Of a DNA stretch of 64,000 nt, positions 1 to 8,963 are shown in pieces. The stretch covers positions 48,928-112,927 of the IMG/VR virus record IMGVR_UViG_2974620381_000001; one strand, written 5' to 3'. Below the pieces are notes generated by a model. It saw only the letters and a program-made list of their open reading frames with translations. It ran no database searches and had not been told where the DNA came from. Numbering within the stretch: position 1 is the first letter of the stretch; each line of letters opens with the position of its first letter. The position numbers were made by a program, and so were the translations under genes. This DNA comes from a virus (taxonomy: Duplodnaviria > Heunggongvirae > Uroviricota > Caudoviricetes > Demerecviridae).

Positions 1-1191
1 ATCTTTCTCTAACTGAACGACTTCTGGGTAAGTATACAGCTTTTCACGAGCTTTATTCAGATTATGAGTTAACTGGTACTGAGCTTCTTTTAAACGATCA
101 ATAGAAATAGGTACACCACGATCCTCAACACGTTGCAAGAATACGCAACCAGGCATCAAAACATCATAGTACAGACTGCAAAGTTTTTCATTCTTCTCAA
201 TTTTTGGTAAGAAGAAGTTGTGCAAACGTATGGTGGCATCTGTATCTTTCGCAGCGTAAGGCCACATAATATCAAACGGAATTAAATCATAGGTGAAATC
301 TTCTTTCTTGATTTTATGTGCTTTGCAGTAATCATCTTTGAACTTATCTAGTTCGAAGTCATAGTCACCCATATCGGTATACTTCATTGCTAGAGATTTC
401 AAGCCATGAGTACCACGACGTTCATCCAGAACATAATGCTGCAGCATAGTATCATGGAGCCTACGTTCTTTATGTGCTTTATCAAAAGTAAGTCCCAGAT
501 GGTACTTATAAAAGTGCATATCAAACTTCAGGTTGTGAAAAACAATAATGTGATTTTCACTATCCAGAATTTTCTGGAGATAATATACTGCAACCTCTGT
601 AAGACAATCAGAATCGATATATACACCCTGATACTCTTGGTGAGACATAGAAACACCGAGCAGATAACCATCTCGACAGTATAGTGCTGAGGTTTCGGAG
701 TCGAATGCGACAGGTCCGATAACCATATTATACACCATCTTGATATACTCTTCCGCCTCATCCGGGTCAGTAATAGGACGGTAATCACCAGCTTTTGCAA
801 TCTTCTCACGACCATTGATAATATCGTGGATATTCTCTACTGTTGCATCAAAAACTGGTTTCATTTCAGGCTTAAAGTGTAACTGGGCTGGGCTGATACT
901 CGCAATCCAGTTAGCATATCCATTATACTCTACACGTTTACCAGTATAGTCACCAATGCCTTTCTTACCTGCGAAATACAGGAAAGGTTCAGCACCTACT
1001 AGTATAACAAAATCATAATCATTCGGATCAAATGGGTTTTCTGGTGTTCCAATAGTAATGTGCTTTTTAAGCAAACGACCAGATAACTTCTCGTTACACA
1101 TATGGAATACATCAACTTCCTCGCCGTATAGCTGGAAATGTTTATCGTAACGAGTGTTATTTAGAGCTTTATCAACTACTGCGATTTTCAA
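1..1191 (-). CDS. DNA polymerase (family A), N-terminal 3'-5' exonuclease half; gene continues beyond window start
   Basis: Minus-strand reading frame open from 1191 to window edge; TTG start (complement 1189-1191) 7 nt after GAGGAG; translation MKIAVVDKALNN... contains DnaQ-like exo motifs FDSET, HNLKFD, YAAKDT typical of PolA 3'-5' exo domain. Confidence 0.85.
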   Translation of the reverse strand, partial: MKIAVVDKALNNTRYDKHFQLYGEEVDVFHMCNEKLSGRLLKKHITIGTPENPFDPNDYDFVILVGAEPFLYFAGKKGIGDYTGKRVEYNGYANWIASISPAQLHFKPEMKPVFDATVENIHDIINGREKIAKAGDYRPITDPDEAEEYIKMVYNMVIGPVAFDSETSALYCRDGYLLGVSMSHQEYQGVYIDSDCLTEVAVYYLQKILDSENHIIVFHNLKFDMHFYKYHLGLTFDKAHKERRLHDTMLQHYVLDERRGTHGLKSLAMKYTDMGDYDFELDKFKDDYCKAHKIKKEDFTYDLIPFDIMWPYAAKDTDATIRLHNFFLPKIEKNEKLCSLYYDVLMPGCVFLQRVEDRGVPISIDRLKEAQYQLTHNLNKAREKLYTYPEVVQLEKD

Positions 1192-1253
1192 ATTTAATCT
1201 CCTCTTGGTAAGTAAGTATAACTTCAGTGTTTCTTCTCTAACTTACCAATATA

Positions 1254-2144
1254 TTATACCAAATCTTTAAGCGATTCAGCAACTAAAATTTCAATACGTT
1301 TTGCTAACATATCAATTTCATCTTTGTTTAAATCACCTGGATCTTTGCCTTCAGGCAGGAGAAAGTTAGCAACTACAGGTGTTAAACGCGTTTTTGTACG
1401 AATTAGCTTAGCCAATGCTTGTGCAGCTTTATTACCAGAAGCATCATTATCTAGTAAGATAACAACAACTTTTACACCAGCAATAATATAAGGACTGAAC
1501 TTATCTGCAATGTTATCCGAAGTAAACTGATGTGTACCAAAGCAGCAAGAAGCATAGTCTATACCATTATCCTCTAGGTTCAGCATATCAAAGATACCTT
1601 CAACTAGAATAAGAACTGGAGTATTATATCGTACAGGGAAAATCGGTGGTGAAACTTGTTTTGGTTTTACTAAGTATTTAGGAGGGGCAGAACTGTTTAT
1701 AGAACGACCCAAAAATAGGATATTGCGTCCAACAGCATCTGTGATTGGGAATACAATTCTGCCTTCCCAGTCTGCTTGGTGTTGGAAAGCAAAATATTTC
1801 TTCAAGGTCTTAGAACTTATACCTCGGAAATCACCTTCGAAAAGGTAAGCAGATTCAGGAATTGCAAGATTCGTAGATCCATTCCTAATCTCTGAAATCT
1901 TTTTGCGTACTTGCGATAGCCTTGGGGACTGTCGGTACTGAGTCTCATTAAAATAATGGTAAATGCTCGGTATACCTTTACCGAAGCCACAACTCAAGCA
2001 GTGCATAATACCTGTTTCAGGATCAATACGCAAACTTGGGTGTTTATCGTCATGATCTGGATTGAGACAACAGATGAGGATGTCCCCACCTGTGTCTTTA
2101 TATTCAATGCCTTTCAGATCAAGTAGTTCTGTTATTCTACTCAT
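1254..2144 (-). CDS. DNA primase (DnaG-like: CHC2 zinc finger + TOPRIM)
   Basis: 296 aa; N-terminal CxxH...CLSCGFGKG zinc-binding motif; TOPRIM acidic motifs (VEGIFD, ILLDNDASG). Confidence 0.8.
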   Translation of the reverse strand: MSRITELLDLKGIEYKDTGGDILICCLNPDHDDKHPSLRIDPETGIMHCLSCGFGKGIPSIYHYFNETQYRQSPRLSQVRKKISEIRNGSTNLAIPESAYLFEGDFRGISSKTLKKYFAFQHQADWEGRIVFPITDAVGRNILFLGRSINSSAPPKYLVKPKQVSPPIFPVRYNTPVLILVEGIFDMLNLEDNGIDYASCCFGTHQFTSDNIADKFSPYIIAGVKVVVILLDNDASGNKAAQALAKLIRTKTRLTPVVANFLLPEGKDPGDLNKDEIDMLAKRIEILVAESLKDLV

Positions 2145-3613
2145 ATATCGCTGGCCTGTTCACCTGTTGAATTTTCAGTTTTGTCTTTCTTAGCACGTTT
2201 AGGTTGAGCCGGCTTATCCTTCTCAATAGGGATAACGAACTCAGCTTCCATTTGAGATATATCTTCCATTGCTAGGTTAGTTGTATTATCCATTCGCAGA
2301 GTTTCCCAGTTCATCTTAGGCATAAACTTCACGCTATCAGAAGAACGAGTCTTAACGAAGTCAAACATAATAGCACCTTGACCATTATCAGCTTTTGCAG
2401 CGTTAAGATTAGCAGCCATGTCAGCGGAATCAAGAATCCCCTTTGACATACGTGTTCTACCATCTTGATCGATCTGGTAAGGAGCTACACCAGCCACGTT
2501 ATGTTTCTGGCAGATAGATTTGAAAGACGAGCTAACAACCATCTGTTCTTTCCAGTCATACATATCAATGGTTTTAGAATCTGGAAGTCGGGTTTGGTTA
2601 ATATAGTCCAGTAAAGCTACTGTAACTTTATCACCATATCTAGCAACTAATTTATTTAATTCTACGTCAACTGTTGTAATGGACAGTTCAGGGTCATAAA
2701 CAATAATCATAGGAGTATGTAGCTCATACCCTTCTATTAGCTTACTTTCCATATCGTAGAAATCACTCATCTTAGCCATTGTGTACTGTTTAACAAAGTT
2801 ATCGAAAAGCTCTTCACCACCGTTAAACATCCTAGCTCTAGTTCTGGCTAATCTCAGCAGAGCTGCACCTTCTAGAGTATTATTACGCATTGCTAGTGCG
2901 GATACACCAGCTAACATGGCTAGATTACGTCTAAATACTTCATGTTCTTTCATCTCAATTGAGAAGTATGGAGCAATATCTCCATTCAAATATTGCTGAA
3001 CCTGTATGTTTGAACAGATAATGGATTTACCAGTACCACGCCAACCACCAAGCAGTAACGTTTCTGTGCGAGCTAAACCAATTTGAGCGTCGAACTCATT
3101 ACAAATACCAAGAGCGATTAAGTTCAGTTTGGTATCTTCTTCTCTCTGGAAAATACGCATGTTATCTGCGTTGAATACTTTTCCAGTATTCGTTACTTTC
3201 TCTTCTAATTTTAAGTGAAGGGAGGCAACTCGGTTGAGAATTTCTCCCTGATCCAGCATTGTTAAATCTTGAAGCACGTCTGTTTCTAGAAGCTTCAGGA
3301 ATAAATCCTGTGTATACTCGGCCTCTAGGACTTCAAGTGCCTGTTCCATGCTCACTTCTGGAATTTGAGTGTTAGCTAAGACGACTAGAGCTTGAGAAAG
3401 GCGGGCGTTCCTATTAGCTTCAAGCATAAGTGCGTCAATGGACGGCATTGTGTTATATTTTTTATAATAATTCTGGACGGCTTGGTAAATTGAGGAGAAA
3501 GCGTCATTAAAATGATCTTTATGCAGTTTTGAGAATGTTTCCAATGCTATTTGCTTCTGTTCGGAAGCTAGAAGCATCTTCAACACTACAGCTTGCACGT
3601 TAAACAAGGTCAT
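2141..3613 (-). CDS. replicative DNA helicase (DnaB-like)
   Basis: Walker A GGWRGTGKS; start moved to internal ATG (complement 3611-3613) preceded by AAGGAG; stop overlaps primase start (ATGA). Confidence 0.8.
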   Translation of the reverse strand: MTLFNVQAVVLKMLLASEQKQIALETFSKLHKDHFNDAFSSIYQAVQNYYKKYNTMPSIDALMLEANRNARLSQALVVLANTQIPEVSMEQALEVLEAEYTQDLFLKLLETDVLQDLTMLDQGEILNRVASLHLKLEEKVTNTGKVFNADNMRIFQREEDTKLNLIALGICNEFDAQIGLARTETLLLGGWRGTGKSIICSNIQVQQYLNGDIAPYFSIEMKEHEVFRRNLAMLAGVSALAMRNNTLEGAALLRLARTRARMFNGGEELFDNFVKQYTMAKMSDFYDMESKLIEGYELHTPMIIVYDPELSITTVDVELNKLVARYGDKVTVALLDYINQTRLPDSKTIDMYDWKEQMVVSSSFKSICQKHNVAGVAPYQIDQDGRTRMSKGILDSADMAANLNAAKADNGQGAIMFDFVKTRSSDSVKFMPKMNWETLRMDNTTNLAMEDISQMEAEFVIPIEKDKPAQPKRAKKDKTENSTGEQASDI

Positions 3614-3695
3614 TCTCCTTTGCACGCTTTCGTGCCTTCTAAATGCAAAAAGGGGAAGGAGCATAGCCCCCTCCCCTTAGGTTTAATTTACCAGA

Positions 3696-4463
3696 TTATT
3701 CAGCAGCCGCAGCTTTTGCATCCAGTTTAGCACGCTTAGCGGCACCATCATAGTCCTTAGCAACCAGACCACGACGAGACAGCATAGATTTAACACCGCG
3801 CTCAGATTTACCAGTTTTCTCAGCGATCTCAGCAACAGTCATGTTAACCAGATCCAGACCTTCTAACAGATCTTCACGAGTTTTAGCACTTGAGGTCTCC
3901 TGTACCGGCATAGCAGCGATACGACCTTCACGAAGCAGGCTCAGAGCTTTACCACGGATCTGCTTGATATTACGACCGAAGTGAGCAGCGATAGCTTCAA
4001 TAGTAGCACCAGCAACAACCTGATTAACAAAATCAGTTTCTTCATCCGGAGTGAAGGAACGAACAGCAGCAGCTTTTTCGGTTGGTTTAACAGAAGCGGT
4101 CATTTCCAGACTCAGGATCTTACCCTGTACCTGTTTAGCACCGAACTGACCACCAGCTACAGCAGCAGCGATTTCAGCATAGGTATACTGACCAGCATGA
4201 GCGTTTAGGAAATCAACCAGTTCAGCTTCCTGCTCAGGAGTCCACGGGGATTTCTGTACTTCGTTAGCTTTCTGTACTTCAAAACCTTCTTTACGCAGTT
4301 TAGAGCCAACAGAGCGAGCAGTAACATCTTTGCCAGTTTCAGCAGCCAGTTCAGCGGCGATAGCAGCTACTTGTTCTTGAGAGATTACAGAAACACCCAG
4401 AGCAGTGGCTTTTGCTTTCAGAGACTCGGTTACACCTTCTACGTTCCAGTTCAGTTTAGACAT
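3696..4463 (-). CDS. Ala-rich putative dsDNA-binding protein (possibly D5-like, ~29 kDa)
   Basis: 255 aa, three repeated K/R-rich helix-like motifs (SKLRKEGF, GKALSLLREG, KSMLSRRGL); size and position next to helicase/ligase fit T5 D5-type protein; function not provable from sequence. Confidence 0.45.
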   Translation of the reverse strand: MSKLNWNVEGVTESLKAKATALGVSVISQEQVAAIAAELAAETGKDVTARSVGSKLRKEGFEVQKANEVQKSPWTPEQEAELVDFLNAHAGQYTYAEIAAAVAGGQFGAKQVQGKILSLEMTASVKPTEKAAAVRSFTPDEETDFVNQVVAGATIEAIAAHFGRNIKQIRGKALSLLREGRIAAMPVQETSSAKTREDLLEGLDLVNMTVAEIAEKTGKSERGVKSMLSRRGLVAKDYDGAAKRAKLDAKAAAAE

Positions 4464-5238
4464 TATTATTTTTCTCCAATAGTTCTTTAATCGACAGGAT
4501 TTCTATCCCATTCGTTTCGGCTTTCTTATAAGATGAGGAAGAACGCTTCGATTCATCCTCACAGATTAGGTATTTGACGTCTTTGGTAACGGATTTCTTA
4601 ACCGTATATCCTAGACCTTCTAAATAGTTTGTTGCATCCGTTCGATTTGCAAAATCTTGCAAAGATCCGGTAATACATACCGCGATTCCATTTGGCTGGG
4701 CAACTAATTCATCTGTAATGATGACGTCAGCTTTAGTGCCCTTAATACCAGTTGAAAATTTCCACGGTAGTTCAATAACATCCTTGCCTTGTGGGGAATT
4801 TAGCCAGGCTTTGTAATTTTCTCCAGCCTTGCCGTCAGCCTTCACATTGTGAAAGCTAGTGCAATTTTGGGATAATTTCTTTGCTGCAACCTCTCCAATT
4901 AGAGGGATTCCTAAAGAACCGAGAACTGAACCAAAGTCAATGTCTCCGCGAACTTTAGTATTTAATTCGCTAATTAACTTAGCGGCAACCTTGCTACCCA
5001 CGGCTCTAACCAAATCTTCTTCGGTTAGGTAAAATAGTTCTGAAATCTTCGTCAGCTCCAGCTTCTCAATAGTTTTTGGGCCAAAGCCCTTTAACTTCAT
5101 TTTTGAACAGAAGTTCTCAATTAACTTACTTGATTGCGCTGGACAGTTGGACTTACTCCGACAGAATAATTGTCCGTTGACAAGATCTAGCTTAGAACCA
5201 CAAGAGGGACATTGTGTTGGAATTTCGATTTTCATCAA
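4456..5238 (-). CDS. NAD-dependent DNA ligase, subunit B (C4 zinc finger + HhH + BRCT-like C-terminal half)
   Basis: 260 aa; CPSCGSKL...C zinc finger, helix-hairpin-helix GFGPKTIEKL / LGIPLIG motifs; separate gene from adenylation half. Confidence 0.75.
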   Translation of the reverse strand: MMKIEIPTQCPSCGSKLDLVNGQLFCRSKSNCPAQSSKLIENFCSKMKLKGFGPKTIEKLELTKISELFYLTEEDLVRAVGSKVAAKLISELNTKVRGDIDFGSVLGSLGIPLIGEVAAKKLSQNCTSFHNVKADGKAGENYKAWLNSPQGKDVIELPWKFSTGIKGTKADVIITDELVAQPNGIAVCITGSLQDFANRTDATNYLEGLGYTVKKSVTKDVKYLICEDESKRSSSSYKKAETNGIEILSIKELLEKNNNV

Positions 5239-5265
5239 ATTTCTTCCTTATCAATTTATATAAAT

Positions 5266-5293
5266 ATTATAGCAAGTATTTAAGCATTTAGCA
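5266..5293 (-). promoter_or_regulatory. T5-type promoter (minus strand) for ligase subunit B, inside the gap between the two ligase genes
   Basis: Reverse complement reads TTGCTA-16-TATAAT. Confidence 0.55.
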
Positions 5294-5437
5294 ACTACAA
5301 TTTTAACTAACTTTGCTTACCCTCGCCATAACTTTCTATCCCTCAACTGAATGATAATAGTATATACCTAAGCGGCGAAAATGTCAATAACCACTTTATA
5401 ATTCCGATATGGTAGATGGGTAGCAAAGGGTTATGTA

Positions 5438-6409
5438 TTAATCGTATACTCGCTCTACTATACACGGGATTACACCACCAGCACGAATCACTCGAATCTG
5501 GCAACCGATCTCTAGATCAAGAGAGTTAATATAATCAACGTTATTAAGAGTCGCTTTAACAATTGTAGCATCATCAATAATTACCGGTTCGAAATAACCA
5601 ACTGGAGTTACTTTACCAGAAGCCCCTACCTGCCATTCAACTTTAGTAAGAGTTGTAATCTCGCCTTCTTCATCCTCTTTAATAGCGAATGCTCCACGAG
5701 GGAATTTATTAGTCCAGCCTTCCCGGAAGAATTTGTTGTTGTCATTAATACGAACAACTTTACCATCCGTCGGAATCCATTTAAAGAGGGAACGTACATT
5801 AACAACTGTTAAGAAGTTCTCATTCTCTAGCCAAAGCATATCTTTTAAATATGCTTCTGTAATACCTACAGATTCAGCAGAACACTGAATACCATATGCA
5901 ACGAAGATTAAACCACCTTCCCCGATACGCTGTACGAAATCATCACTATCTTTGAGGTTAATAGCACCAGAGGCAAAGTTACGTTTATTTTCTACTTCTT
6001 TTGTAATTAGAACTTCACCAGTGATTTGAGTAGGTACTTTTTGGGAAATCTTTTTAGGGATATTCAGCAATCTTACGTTGCTTGTGACATCATTCCCTAG
6101 AATACCATTACCACGAGTTAGTGCTTGAACAAATTCTCCATTAATATATAACAGAGAAATCGCACAACCATCTAACTTATCAGTTTCTACCTGACCTAAT
6201 GGGTTAAATGGAGGTTTATCCCCACGATTATAATAAACTTTCTGTAAAGAATACATACGATACAGATGTGGAATATCACCCCTAGGCCCGATCTCTTCTT
6301 CTAACGGAAATCTTTTAATCAGACGATCATATTCTTCGTCAGAGATTAAAGACATTCCCTGGTAATATGCTTCTTGGCAACGTTTAATAAAGTCTTTTAC
6401 ATTAGTCAT
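5438..6409 (-). CDS. NAD-dependent DNA ligase, subunit A (adenylation/OB half)
   Basis: 323 aa; KxDG adenylation motif (DKLDGCAIS), NAD-ligase N-terminal Ia-like region (CQEAYYQG). Confidence 0.75.
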   Translation of the reverse strand: MTNVKDFIKRCQEAYYQGMSLISDEEYDRLIKRFPLEEEIGPRGDIPHLYRMYSLQKVYYNRGDKPPFNPLGQVETDKLDGCAISLLYINGEFVQALTRGNGILGNDVTSNVRLLNIPKKISQKVPTQITGEVLITKEVENKRNFASGAINLKDSDDFVQRIGEGGLIFVAYGIQCSAESVGITEAYLKDMLWLENENFLTVVNVRSLFKWIPTDGKVVRINDNNKFFREGWTNKFPRGAFAIKEDEEGEITTLTKVEWQVGASGKVTPVGYFEPVIIDDATIVKATLNNVDYINSLDLEIGCQIRVIRAGGVIPCIVERVYD

Positions 6410-6424
6410 TTATTTATATCTCTC

Positions 6425-6470
6425 ATTAATTTATATAAATATTATATAACAAAACTGAGTTGAAAGCAAA
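6425..6470 (-). promoter_or_regulatory. T5-type promoter (minus strand) for ligase subunit A
   Basis: Reverse complement reads TTTGCTTTCAACTCAGTTTTGTTATATAATATTTAT. Confidence 0.5.
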
Positions 6471-6496
6471 TACATTTATAAAGAAAAAGCCAAGAA

Positions 6497-6805
6497 CTAG
6501 GCATTCTTGGCTTTGAGTTCTTCAGCTCGTTTCTGTACTTCATGTAAAACCTCAGATTCACTAAGAATCTGTGTAAACGCGTAGAAAAGCTGTGATGTTG
6601 TTTCTAGGGTGTAAGGAAAAGAGAAGCCAGATTTCGTTGGAAACCATTCATCATTAATATCAAGAAGCCAGTAACGAATACCCATGTATAGATTCCCACG
6701 AAATTCAGATACTGTTAATCTTACTTGTTCTCCCTCCTTCTCCCAAAGTATGATGGACTGGTCATCAACGTGTCCTTCATAGTTTTGATTTACCTGTTCG
6801 CTCAT
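6497..6805 (-). CDS. hypothetical protein
   Basis: 102-aa ORF in minus-strand gene array. Confidence 0.45.
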   Translation of the reverse strand: MSEQVNQNYEGHVDDQSIILWEKEGEQVRLTVSEFRGNLYMGIRYWLLDINDEWFPTKSGFSFPYTLETTSQLFYAFTQILSESEVLHEVQKRAEELKAKNA

Positions 6806-6855
6806 TTACATATCCCAAATACACAAAAAGCCCCATATAGGGGCTAATTGGTTTC

Positions 6856-7152
6856 TTATCGGCCTACTGGAGAAGCACGATCTAACTCTGATTGGAGGCT
6901 AGTCACACGACGGACTTTCTCAACAGGAATAAAACGGAAGCTATCATTAGTACGAGAGAAGACAAGGATCTCATCATCTTTCGCTTTACGAATACGTTCA
7001 CGTTTAATACGCTCAGCCAGATATTTATCTTGGGCTGGATCAAATTCCATTGTACCCTGAAGGTACGTGGTTCCTTTCTGACGAAGTTTCTCGTAATGAA
7101 GATAAAACTCACCAAATTTTTCGCACTGTGCAATAATTTCAGCTTTAGTCAT
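6856..7152 (-). CDS. hypothetical protein
   Basis: 98-aa ORF; co-oriented with neighbours. Confidence 0.45.
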   Translation of the reverse strand: MTKAEIIAQCEKFGEFYLHYEKLRQKGTTYLQGTMEFDPAQDKYLAERIKRERIRKAKDDEILVFSRTNDSFRFIPVEKVRRVTSLQSELDRASPVGR

Positions 7153-7189
7153 AGCTATAGTTCCTTTTGTTGGTGGATTTATCTAAATA

Positions 7190-7600
7190 TTACTTAGTAA
7201 TAGCTCGGATTGCTTCTGCCAGATGAGCAGCCGCTTTACCGGTCAGTTTGTCGATAATTGCATCATCCAGAAAATCTGGTGCTAAGCCAGCGTCAGAGAA
7301 TGCTGCGCGAAGGTCGGCATGGGCTTGAGCTTTGGAGGTACGAGAACCACCAGAAGCTTTTTCTCCAGTAGATGCGCTAGATTTAGAAGTAGAACCAGCA
7401 GCTTTCTTAATATACAAACCTGCTTTAGTCAGCTTCATACGAAAACCGTTCGGAGTTACACCGTTTTTCTGGGCAATTTCGCTAACAATTTCCATGCTAA
7501 CACCCGGACGTTCATCCTCTGGGAATTGCTCCATACGAGCAACGTATTCGGAAGACATTTTTTCGAACAGTTCATCAGTCCACTGAGTTGGAGTAGTCAT
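7190..7600 (-). CDS. hypothetical protein (S/A-rich linker)
   Basis: 136-aa ORF; T5-type promoter on minus strand at ~7625-7665. Confidence 0.5.
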   Translation of the reverse strand: MTTPTQWTDELFEKMSSEYVARMEQFPEDERPGVSMEIVSEIAQKNGVTPNGFRMKLTKAGLYIKKAAGSTSKSSASTGEKASGGSRTSKAQAHADLRAAFSDAGLAPDFLDDAIIDKLTGKAAAHLAEAIRAITK

Positions 7601-7703
7601 ATTTTATATTTCCTTAATTAAGAATTAAACAGAATAGTTCTTTCAAACTATGAGAATATTATATCAAGAATTGTAGGATTAAGCAACTGAAATTTTTAAG
7701 TAG

Positions 7704-7979
7704 TTACTCCACCAGGCCAACAGCGAGCATATCCTCGATGCTGGCAATCTCCCAATCATCTGCAATAGCTTCGCATACTGTTAATGAAACAACCTCGCTA
7801 TATGGATAGTTACCGGCTACCCAGGTATGCTGAGTAGCTACATCCGAGTCAGCATCTAAAGTTAGTAACACTAAGCCGTTATTATCGTTATCCCAGCTTC
7901 TACGATATAGTGTTTTTACTTCCCCATCTTTAAGTAAATCAGTTAGTCTACTCACGGCGTTTTCCTTTTTCTTTATCAA
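7704..7979 (-). CDS. hypothetical protein
   Basis: 91-aa ORF, overlaps upstream gene by 32 nt. Confidence 0.4.
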   Translation of the reverse strand: MIKKKENAVSRLTDLLKDGEVKTLYRRSWDNDNNGLVLLTLDADSDVATQHTWVAGNYPYSEVVSLTVCEAIADDWEIASIEDMLAVGLVE

Positions 7980-8652
7980 GTTTCAAGGCAGCCTTAACAG
8001 CTTCGTTAATCAACGTAATAACTTCTTCACGAGTCCACTTATACCCTAGAGATTTTACATCAACCCCTAGCTTTTCCAGATGTTTAACAGAAGCCAACTC
8101 ATAATTCATATAATGAACGTTCTGTTGTTTGCCTTCTGATAGAAGCCATACACGGTAACAACCAACAGGGTTATCCATTGCTTTTTTGATTTCACCGATA
8201 CACTGGTATCCAGGAACCCAAACAAGCTCACCTACCTCAAATTCTTCTGCTACAGCATCATCAGGAATAATTGGTGGGTTCAATGGGTCTACAATATCGT
8301 TCAAACGAAGCAGAGCACCATAGCGTTCCAGAACAGATTTAACCATTGCTACAGAGCGGTAATTACGATCGGCAATCTCTTCAAAAGAATCACCAGATAG
8401 ATACTGCTCAATAACGTTGGCTAACTCAATGCCTTCAATGAGTGTGCCACGTTTCTTTTTCTTCATTTCGGCAACTTGAATCTGGCGGTCTTGCCATTCT
8501 TCAATCATCCTTTCCATAGTTGGGTTGGATGATACCCCGAGCATTTCACATGCTGCTTTCTTAGTACCACCGTTCTCCAGATGCTCTATAACCTTTTTAA
8601 AGACTTCATCAGGGATTTCATGGATATGTTTCTTTCTGCGAGAACCAGCCAT
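7948..8652 (-). CDS. HTH DNA-binding protein (putative transcription regulator)
   Basis: 234 aa; N-terminal helix-turn-helix GGTKKAACEMLGVSSNPTMERMIEEW. Confidence 0.5.
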   Translation of the reverse strand: MAGSRRKKHIHEIPDEVFKKVIEHLENGGTKKAACEMLGVSSNPTMERMIEEWQDRQIQVAEMKKKKRGTLIEGIELANVIEQYLSGDSFEEIADRNYRSVAMVKSVLERYGALLRLNDIVDPLNPPIIPDDAVAEEFEVGELVWVPGYQCIGEIKKAMDNPVGCYRVWLLSEGKQQNVHYMNYELASVKHLEKLGVDVKSLGYKWTREEVITLINEAVKAALKLDKEKGKRRE

Positions 8653-8659
8653 ATTTAAA

Positions 8660-8715
8660 CTCCTCTCTCAAATTTATGAATCTATTATACAGAAAAATTT
8701 TCCTGAAAGCAAATA
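8660..8715 (-). promoter_or_regulatory. T5-type promoter (minus strand)
   Basis: Reverse complement reads TTTGCTTTCAGGAAAATTTTTCTGTATAATAGATTC. Confidence 0.5.
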
Positions 8716-8720
8716 AATTT

Positions 8721-8963
8721 TTACGATTCCTTGAGCAAAGAAGCAAGTTCAGCATAGACTTTATCTAACTCAAAGCCGATGCGAAGAGACACGTTTGTTT
8801 TCCGTTGTTTAAGTAACCACTCGGATATGTTAGGGATGCCAGCTAATCTGTGTGGTACCACCCTACATAGCTTTTCCGAAGTGTCGTAAACAGGAATTTT
8901 ACGTTCTTTTACTGGAAACTTCCTTGTTTCCCATTTTTTATTCTTCACTGTCATTTCTAGCAC
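8721..8963 (-). CDS. hypothetical protein
   Basis: 80-aa ORF. Confidence 0.4.
   Translation of the reverse strand: MLEMTVKNKKWETRKFPVKERKIPVYDTSEKLCRVVPHRLAGIPNISEWLLKQRKTNVSLRIGFELDKVYAELASLLKES

Noticed and set aside
406-815. ORFs 406-684 (+) and 528-815 (-) from the six-frame track
   Set aside because: Both lie inside the DNA polymerase reading frame (minus strand, TTG start at 1191). Low-complexity translations; 406-684 is on the strand opposite the polymerase gene.
2781-2999. 72-aa plus-strand ORF
   Set aside because: Antisense to the helicase gene. No RBS.
3981-4208. 75-aa plus-strand ORF
   Set aside because: Antisense to the Ala-rich gene. Ser/Phe-rich mirror translation.
6848-7197. 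Overlapping ORFs 6848-7060 (+), 6892-7197 (+), 6903-7133 (-)
   Set aside because: All overlap the 6856-7152 minus-strand gene, which is co-oriented with its operon. The alternatives have no SD and biased composition.
7319-7621. Plus-strand ORFs 7319-7621 and 7332-7586
   Set aside because: Antisense to 7190-7600.
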